Position numbers and translations under genes: made by a program | The notes under the pieces: generated by a model | What the model saw: only the letters and a program-made list of their open reading frames with translations | Told to the model about the DNA's origin: nothing | The model's database searches: none | Assembly (NCBI GenBank): GCA_025928935.1 | Contig: JAICNB010000006.1 | Location: 1,381-65,380 of the forward strand | Reading direction: 5' to 3' | Origin: Acidimicrobiia bacterium | GTDB taxonomy: Bacteria > Actinomycetota > Acidimicrobiia > Spongiisociales > ZC4RG35 | DNA length: 64,000 bases | Shown: piece after piece, positions 59,100 to 64,000 of the stretch | Layout: the number at the start of each line of letters is the position of its first letter | How positions within the stretch are numbered: the stretch's first letter is position 1

Positions 59100-59421
59100 C
59101 ACGTTCTCGCTCGAAGATCTGACCAACGCAGGCTCTTGCCATCTCGCGTCAATGACCGTGTCCGACTGACTATGGGGGTGGCTCTGGCTCGAGCCTGGTC
59201 CTGCTCTCGACGGAAGGGCAGTCATGACCGGCTACGACCAGGAGGCGACTGAGCTCAGTGCCGACCTGATCAGAATCGATGGCCAATCCGGGCCTCGCCC
59301 CAGAGTCGGCCGGTAGACGGAGCTGTCGCCGGCTGCGCCTCCGGTTGGCTCTCCGGACAAGGCGCACGAGGCCGGCGGTCGATACGCTGCTCGCACAGTT
59401 GGTGTCAAGGGAGGTCCAGCC

Positions 59422-60543
59422 TTGATAGTGGGTGTCCCGAGGGAGACGAAGACAGAAGAGCATCGGGTGGCGATCACGCCGGTGGGTACCCGCGAGCTCA
59501 CCGAGCGGGGCCATACGGTCCTGCTCCAAGAGGGTGCCGGGGAAGGCTCGTCGATCCCCGATAACGAGTTCGAGGCCCAGGGGGGGACCATCGTTCCCAC
59601 CGCCGAGGACGTGTTCGGCGGCGCAGAACTGATCCTCAAGGTGAAAGAGCCGCAGCCACCGGAGGTCGAGATGCTCCGGCCCGGGCAGATTCTGTTCACC
59701 TATCTCCATCTAGCCGCCTATCCCAAGCTGGCCGCCGGTCTGCTCGAACGCGGCGTCGTCGCCATCGCCTACGAGACGGTGCAGCTCCCAGACCGGTCTC
59801 TTCCCTTGCTCGCCCCGATGTCGGAGATCGCCGGCAGGATGGCCACCCAGGTGGGCGCCTACTTCCTGGGAAAGGGAGAAGGGGGCAGGGGTGTCCTGCT
59901 CGGTGGGGTCACCGGTGTCAAAGCGGGGAAGGTGGTCGTGATCGGAGGCGGCATCGCCGGGTCTAACTCAGCTGTGATCGCCGTCGGCATGCAAGCCGAC
60001 GTGGCCGTCCTCGACACCGACATCGGCAAGCTGCGCACGCTGGATGCGCTCTACTTGGGACGGGTGAGGACGTTGCACTCCAACCGGTTGACCGTGGAAC
60101 AGGAAGTGCTCGAAGCGGATCTCGTCATCGGGACCGTGCTCGTGCCCGGGGCTTCGGCACCGAAATTGGTGACCGAGGACATGGTCAGGGCGATGAAGCG
60201 GGGCGCGGTCCTCGTAGACGTCGCAATCGACCAGGGGGGCTGCTTCGCCACGTCACATGAGACGACCCACACCGACCCGGTCTATCAGGTCCACGACGTC
60301 GTCCACTATGCAGTCGGGAACATCCCCGGCGCGGTTCCACACACCTCGACTTACGCCCTCACCAACGCCACTCTGCGCTACGCGGTGAGTCTGGCCAGTC
60401 AGGGCGTCAACGGTGCCCTGGAAGCCCATCCGGAGCTCGTGGCCGGCATAAATGTCGTGGGCGAGGCGGTCTGCCACCCAGCCGTGGCCGAGAGCCTCGG
60501 TGTGGCCCACGTTCCGCCACGTGAGGCGCTCGCTGCGGTTTGA
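59422..60543 (+). CDS. ald: alanine dehydrogenase
   Basis: Motifs VGVPRETKTEEHRVA, VIGGGIAGSN and DVAIDQGG. The start is TTG 59422 or GTG 59428, after GGGAGG. Confidence 0.95.
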   Translation: MIVGVPRETKTEEHRVAITPVGTRELTERGHTVLLQEGAGEGSSIPDNEFEAQGGTIVPTAEDVFGGAELILKVKEPQPPEVEMLRPGQILFTYLHLAAYPKLAAGLLERGVVAIAYETVQLPDRSLPLLAPMSEIAGRMATQVGAYFLGKGEGGRGVLLGGVTGVKAGKVVVIGGGIAGSNSAVIAVGMQADVAVLDTDIGKLRTLDALYLGRVRTLHSNRLTVEQEVLEADLVIGTVLVPGASAPKLVTEDMVRAMKRGAVLVDVAIDQGGCFATSHETTHTDPVYQVHDVVHYAVGNIPGAVPHTSTYALTNATLRYAVSLASQGVNGALEAHPELVAGINVVGEAVCHPAVAESLGVAHVPPREALAAV

Positions 60544-61436
60544 GCCCGGCCCAACCGACCCTGCTCGAGGGCGTCGACGAGTATCTCCTCGCCCTCGACG
60601 TCGAGCGCGGGCTCTCGGCCAACACCATCCAGGCTTACCGGCGTGACCTGAGTCAATACCTGGCGTACCTCGAGGGGGCGGAGCCCGACCAGGGCTCCGT
60701 CGAGCGCTATGTCACGCATCTGCGGTCCGCCAACCTGGCCTCTTCGACGGTCGGGCGCAAGCTCGCCGCGATCAGAGGGCTGCATCGATTCCTGGTCGTG
60801 GAGGGCCTGCGTCAGTCCGACCCGACCCTCCTGCTCGAATCACCACGCCGCCCCGAGCCCTTCCCGAAGGCACTGACCGTGGACCAAGCGATAGCGCTGG
60901 TGGAGGCGCCCGACGCCTCCACGCTCAAAGGAAGGCGTGATTCTGCGCTTCTCGAGTTCCTCTATGCCACCGGTGCCCGGGTCTCGGAGGCGGTCGGTGT
61001 CGATCTCAGCCATCTCGATCTCGACGATCGCGTGGTCTTGGTGACCGGGAAGGGCGCCAAACAGCGTCTTGTCCCCATGGGGGGGAAGGCGGTCACGGCG
61101 CTGTCGAGATGGCTGCCCGACCGGCTCTCCCTGATCAGGCGTGGACAACGGGGGGACCCTGTCTTCCTGAACCTCCGGGGCCGCCGTCTCAGCCGCCAGG
61201 GCGTCTTCGACGTCGTCAGAGCCAACGCCCGGCGCGCCGGGATCGAAGGCGACGAAGTCTCTCCACACGTGCTGCGCCACTCGGCTGCGACCCACATGGT
61301 CGAGGCCGGGGCCGATCTGAGGACCGTACAAGAGATCCTGGGTCACGCTACGATCTCGACAACCCAGATCTACACGAAGGTCAGCCCTGCCCATCTCGTC
61401 GAGATCTACGTCCAGGCCCACCCGAGGAGTAAATGA
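60540..61436 (+). CDS. xerD: site-specific tyrosine recombinase XerD
   Basis: Motifs LSANTIQAYRRDL, ATGARVSE and HVLRHSAATHM..LGHATISTTQIYT. TTGA overlap with ald. Confidence 0.9.
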   Translation: MSPAQPTLLEGVDEYLLALDVERGLSANTIQAYRRDLSQYLAYLEGAEPDQGSVERYVTHLRSANLASSTVGRKLAAIRGLHRFLVVEGLRQSDPTLLLESPRRPEPFPKALTVDQAIALVEAPDASTLKGRRDSALLEFLYATGARVSEAVGVDLSHLDLDDRVVLVTGKGAKQRLVPMGGKAVTALSRWLPDRLSLIRRGQRGDPVFLNLRGRRLSRQGVFDVVRANARRAGIEGDEVSPHVLRHSAATHMVEAGADLRTVQEILGHATISTTQIYTKVSPAHLVEIYVQAHPRSK

Positions 61437-61789
61437 CAACGTTCGACATCGTCGGTGCCGAAAAGGCCCTTCGTGACCAGCGTGAGCATCTCGTTCACCA
61501 GCTGGCCGAGCTCGGCGCGGCCGAATCGGGTGATCTGAACGCCGACATCGATTTTGGGGGGAGCTTCGCCGATGCCGCCGCGGTGACCGCGGAACGCACG
61601 GAGGTTCTCGGAGTGGTCGACAGCTTGAAGGCCCAGCTCGAGAACATCGATCGTGCCCTGGCGAAGGTCGAATCCGGGACCTACGGGATCTGTGAGGACT
61701 GTGGCAAGCAGATCTCGGCGGCCCGTCTCGAGGCGCGGCCCGAATCGATCCGTTGCATCGACTGCAAGACAAAGGCCGCGGGCCGCTAG
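61433..61789 (+). CDS. TraR/DksA family C4 zinc-finger protein
   Basis: A coiled-coil N-terminus is followed by CEDCGKQISAARLEARPESIRCIDC. ATGA overlap with xerD. Confidence 0.75.
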   Translation: MTTFDIVGAEKALRDQREHLVHQLAELGAAESGDLNADIDFGGSFADAAAVTAERTEVLGVVDSLKAQLENIDRALAKVESGTYGICEDCGKQISAARLEARPESIRCIDCKTKAAGR

Positions 61790-61792
61790 CGC

Positions 61793-62299
61793 GTGCCCGG
61801 GTCCCTGGGCCATCTCGCCTCTCGTTTCTTCGAGGTTCTCTTCGCACAACCCCTGCGATCGGAGGAGGTCGCCGAGGTGAAGTCTTGGGTGAGCCCGGCG
61901 CATTCGTGGTTGTTCTTCTCCCAGACCACCGCGGACCAGCGTCATGGGTACCAGGCTGCCCTGGTGGCTCGTGACGCCGGCCTCGGCCCTGTCGGGACGA
62001 GGGCGGCCCTGCTGCACGACATCGGGAAGCGCCATGCGCGTCTCGGTGTGATCGGAAGAACCATCGCCTCCCTGATGATCAAGACAAGGCTTCCTCTGAC
62101 CAAGCGGTGGCGGTTGTACAGAGATCACGGCCTCATCGGCTCGAGCGAGCTGGCCGCACTCGGGTCGGAGCCATTGGTGGTCGAGTTCGCTCGCCATCAC
62201 CACGGTGATCGCCCCCCGGACATCACGGAGCGAACGTGGGAGGTCCTCCAGCTCGCGGACCAGCCGGCAAACACCGGGCGGGGGAGACAGCTGGAATAA
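61793..62299 (+). CDS. HD domain-containing protein
   Basis: H..HDIGK motif (LLHDIGKRH), with a later HH pair. Confidence 0.65.
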   Translation: MPGSLGHLASRFFEVLFAQPLRSEEVAEVKSWVSPAHSWLFFSQTTADQRHGYQAALVARDAGLGPVGTRAALLHDIGKRHARLGVIGRTIASLMIKTRLPLTKRWRLYRDHGLIGSSELAALGSEPLVVEFARHHHGDRPPDITERTWEVLQLADQPANTGRGRQLE

Positions 62300-62312
62300 C
62301 CTGAGCACGCTT

Positions 62313-63074
62313 ATGACATTCCACGTCAAGACAACGGTGTTCGAGGGCCCCCTCGATCTTCTTCTGCAGTTGATCACCAAGCATCAAGTGGAGGTCACGG
62401 CGGTAGGTCTGACCGAGGTGGTGGGCGAGTATCTGTCCTTTCTCGACGAGATGAAGGGTCTCGACCTCGAGGTGACCTCCGAGTTCCTGCTGATCGCAGC
62501 CACCCTCATCCAGCTCAAGGCCCAGTCCCTGCTCCCCGGTCGTGGCGACCCCGACCTGGACGAGGAGCTCACCCTGATGGAGGAGCGAGATCGACTGCTG
62601 TCGCGCTTGCTGGTCTGCGTCACCTTCAAGGACGTGGCCGCCGTTCTCCAACGCCGCCTCCAGGACACGAACCGCTTCGTCCCGAGGGTGAGCGGGTTGG
62701 ATCAGGTGATCGCCCCCCGGCCCCAGGACCTGGCCATCGCCATCGGCACCGACGAGATGGCAGCCATGGCCTACCGGGTCTTCTCTCGCCGGGCAGCGGA
62801 GCCCGATCTGGACCATCTGGACCTCGACCTGCCCTCCGTCGAAGCAGCGATCGACGAGCTCCGGGCCCGGGTATCCGATCTGAGCATGGCCACATTCGAG
62901 GATCTCACCGCTCATTGCTCCCGGCCAGTGGAGGTCGCTGCCTATTTCCTCGCCCTTCTCGAGCTGGCACGGTGGGGGCTGATCACAGTGTCACAGGACG
63001 ACTGGCTGGCCGACATCGTCGTCGCAGACCGGGGGGCCACCAACTCCGATTTCAGCTCGGAGTGGGCATCTTGA
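62313..63074 (+). CDS. scpA: segregation and condensation protein A
   Basis: FEGPLDLLLQLI at the N-terminus. ATG 62313 lies inside ORF 62205..63074. Confidence 0.9.
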   Translation: MTFHVKTTVFEGPLDLLLQLITKHQVEVTAVGLTEVVGEYLSFLDEMKGLDLEVTSEFLLIAATLIQLKAQSLLPGRGDPDLDEELTLMEERDRLLSRLLVCVTFKDVAAVLQRRLQDTNRFVPRVSGLDQVIAPRPQDLAIAIGTDEMAAMAYRVFSRRAAEPDLDHLDLDLPSVEAAIDELRARVSDLSMATFEDLTAHCSRPVEVAAYFLALLELARWGLITVSQDDWLADIVVADRGATNSDFSSEWAS

Positions 63075-63631
63075 GGGATCTAGCCGCCCTCGAGGCCGTT
63101 CTCTTCGTCACCGAGGCGCCCGTCCCTTTGGGCGAGCTCGCCGAGGTGCTCGAGCTGCCAAGACTTCAGGTCGAAGAGCTTCTCAGCAAGCTGGGCCAGG
63201 AATTGGCCGAGCGGGAATCGGGCCTGGTGCTGCGAGAGGTCGCGGGCGGTTGGAGGTTGTACAGCCATCCCGAGGCGTACCCCTTCCTGGAGAGATTCTC
63301 GACCTCGGCAACGGCCCGCAAGCTATCGCCTGCGGCCCTCGAGACGCTCTCGGTGATCGCATATCGCCAACCGGTAGCCCGCACCCAGATCACCGAGATC
63401 CGGGGGGTCGACTCCGACTCTGCGGTTCGGACTCTCGAGCGGCTCGGGCTCGTGGAAGAGAAGGAGCGACTCAGCATCCCGGGCAACCCAGCCGTGTATG
63501 TGACCACCGACCTGTTCCTGGAGAAGATGGGGCTGAACACATTGGCCGGTTTGCCGCCGCTCGCCGACCACATCCCGCCCTCTGACACCGTCGAAGCGCT
63601 CGAGGAGACTCTCCGCCCCGGGAACACCTGA
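63071..63631 (+). CDS. scpB: segregation and condensation protein B
   Basis: Motifs LEAVLFVTEAPV and LETLSVIAYRQPVARTQITEIRG. TTG 63071 overlaps the scpA stop (TTGA). Confidence 0.9.
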   Translation: MRDLAALEAVLFVTEAPVPLGELAEVLELPRLQVEELLSKLGQELAERESGLVLREVAGGWRLYSHPEAYPFLERFSTSATARKLSPAALETLSVIAYRQPVARTQITEIRGVDSDSAVRTLERLGLVEEKERLSIPGNPAVYVTTDLFLEKMGLNTLAGLPPLADHIPPSDTVEALEETLRPGNT

Positions 63632-63636
63632 GTGCG

Positions 63637-64000
63637 GTGGCGGATTCCATCCGCGTCCAGAAAGCCATCGCCGCCGCCGGTTTGATGTCTCGACGAGCCG
63701 CCGAGGACATGATCAGGCAGGGGCGGGTCATCATCGACGGAGCTACAGCCAAGCTGGGAGACCGAGTCGATGTCACGTCGCAGACGGTGGAGCTCGACGG
63801 CGCGCCCATCCCGTTGAACCCCGAACTGGAGACACATCTGCTCTACAAGCCAGCCGGCGTGATCTCGTCGGCCGACGACCCCGAGGGCAGGCGGACGGTT
63901 CTCGACCTGGTCGGCAGCAGTGTGCGTCTCTACCCGGTCGGCCGTCTCGACTACGACTCGGAGGGCCTCATTCTCCTCACCAACGACGGCGCGCTCGCCA
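63637..64000 (+). CDS. rluB: pseudouridine synthase RluB-like, 3' end outside the window
   Basis: Manual translation from GTG 63637 gives an S4 domain (IRVQKAIAAAGLMSRRAAEDMIRQGRV) and the RsuA/RluB catalytic motif RLDYDSEGLILLTNDG. It is not in the ORF track because there is no stop in the window. Confidence 0.85.
   Translation, partial: MADSIRVQKAIAAAGLMSRRAAEDMIRQGRVIIDGATAKLGDRVDVTSQTVELDGAPIPLNPELETHLLYKPAGVISSADDPEGRRTVLDLVGSSVRLYPVGRLDYDSEGLILLTNDGALA

Noticed and set aside
59170-59709. 179-aa minus-strand ORF covering the pyrG-ald spacer and the ald 5' end. The short plus-strand ORFs in the spacer include ATG 59224 (30 aa).
   Set aside because: There is no RBS and no recognisable motif. 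The minus-strand ORF overlaps the well-supported ald N-terminus. The short ORFs show no features beyond chance.

Overview
High-GC actinobacterial chromosomal window, probably Actinomycetota. The class cannot be fixed from sequence alone, and the compact gene order with many 1-4 nt gene overlaps is only suggestive. About 70 genes are packed almost end to end, and GTG/TTG starts often overlap the preceding stop. The conserved backbone runs: coaE-uvrB; uvrA; uvrC-rapZ-yvcK-pgk-tpiA-gpmA-secG-tRNA-Leu(GAG); trmI-mpa(arc)-dop-pup-prcB-prcA-pafA-pafB-pafC-(Cys4 protein)-tatA-tatC-helY. It continues with a lipid kinase, a DUF4193-like acidic protein, ppm1-like GT2, GNAT, NUDIX, an M20 peptidase, HAD and an ABC1 kinase. 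It ends with tlyA-nadK-recN-pyrG-ald-xerD-(DksA/TraR)-(HD)-scpA-scpB-rluB (3' partial). Three accessory blocks interrupt this backbone. (1) At 950-4324(-), a HisKA_3 kinase/NarL-type regulator pair is followed on the same strand by four tandem Flp pilin genes. One of these is below the ORF-track length cutoff, and two share a perfect 131-nt duplication. (2) At 7039-15160, with 18103-19869, a cell-surface glycan island is interleaved with uvrB/uvrA/uvrC. It holds two paralogous LtaS/EptA-like membrane proteins, a polyprenyl-phosphate-type GT2, a WbpB/WbpE/WbpD-like trio, a polytopic membrane protein, a UDP-glucuronate decarboxylase and a methyltransferase. (3) At 26553-33460, a variable block follows tRNA-Leu. 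Its most interesting content is a stand-alone CarH-type cobalamin-binding module (Wx9EH plus ExHxxG) translationally coupled to a MacB/FtsX-type ABC transporter. No rRNA, CRISPR array, transposase or integrase was seen. All functional calls rest on motifs I recognise by eye and on synteny; no database search was possible.
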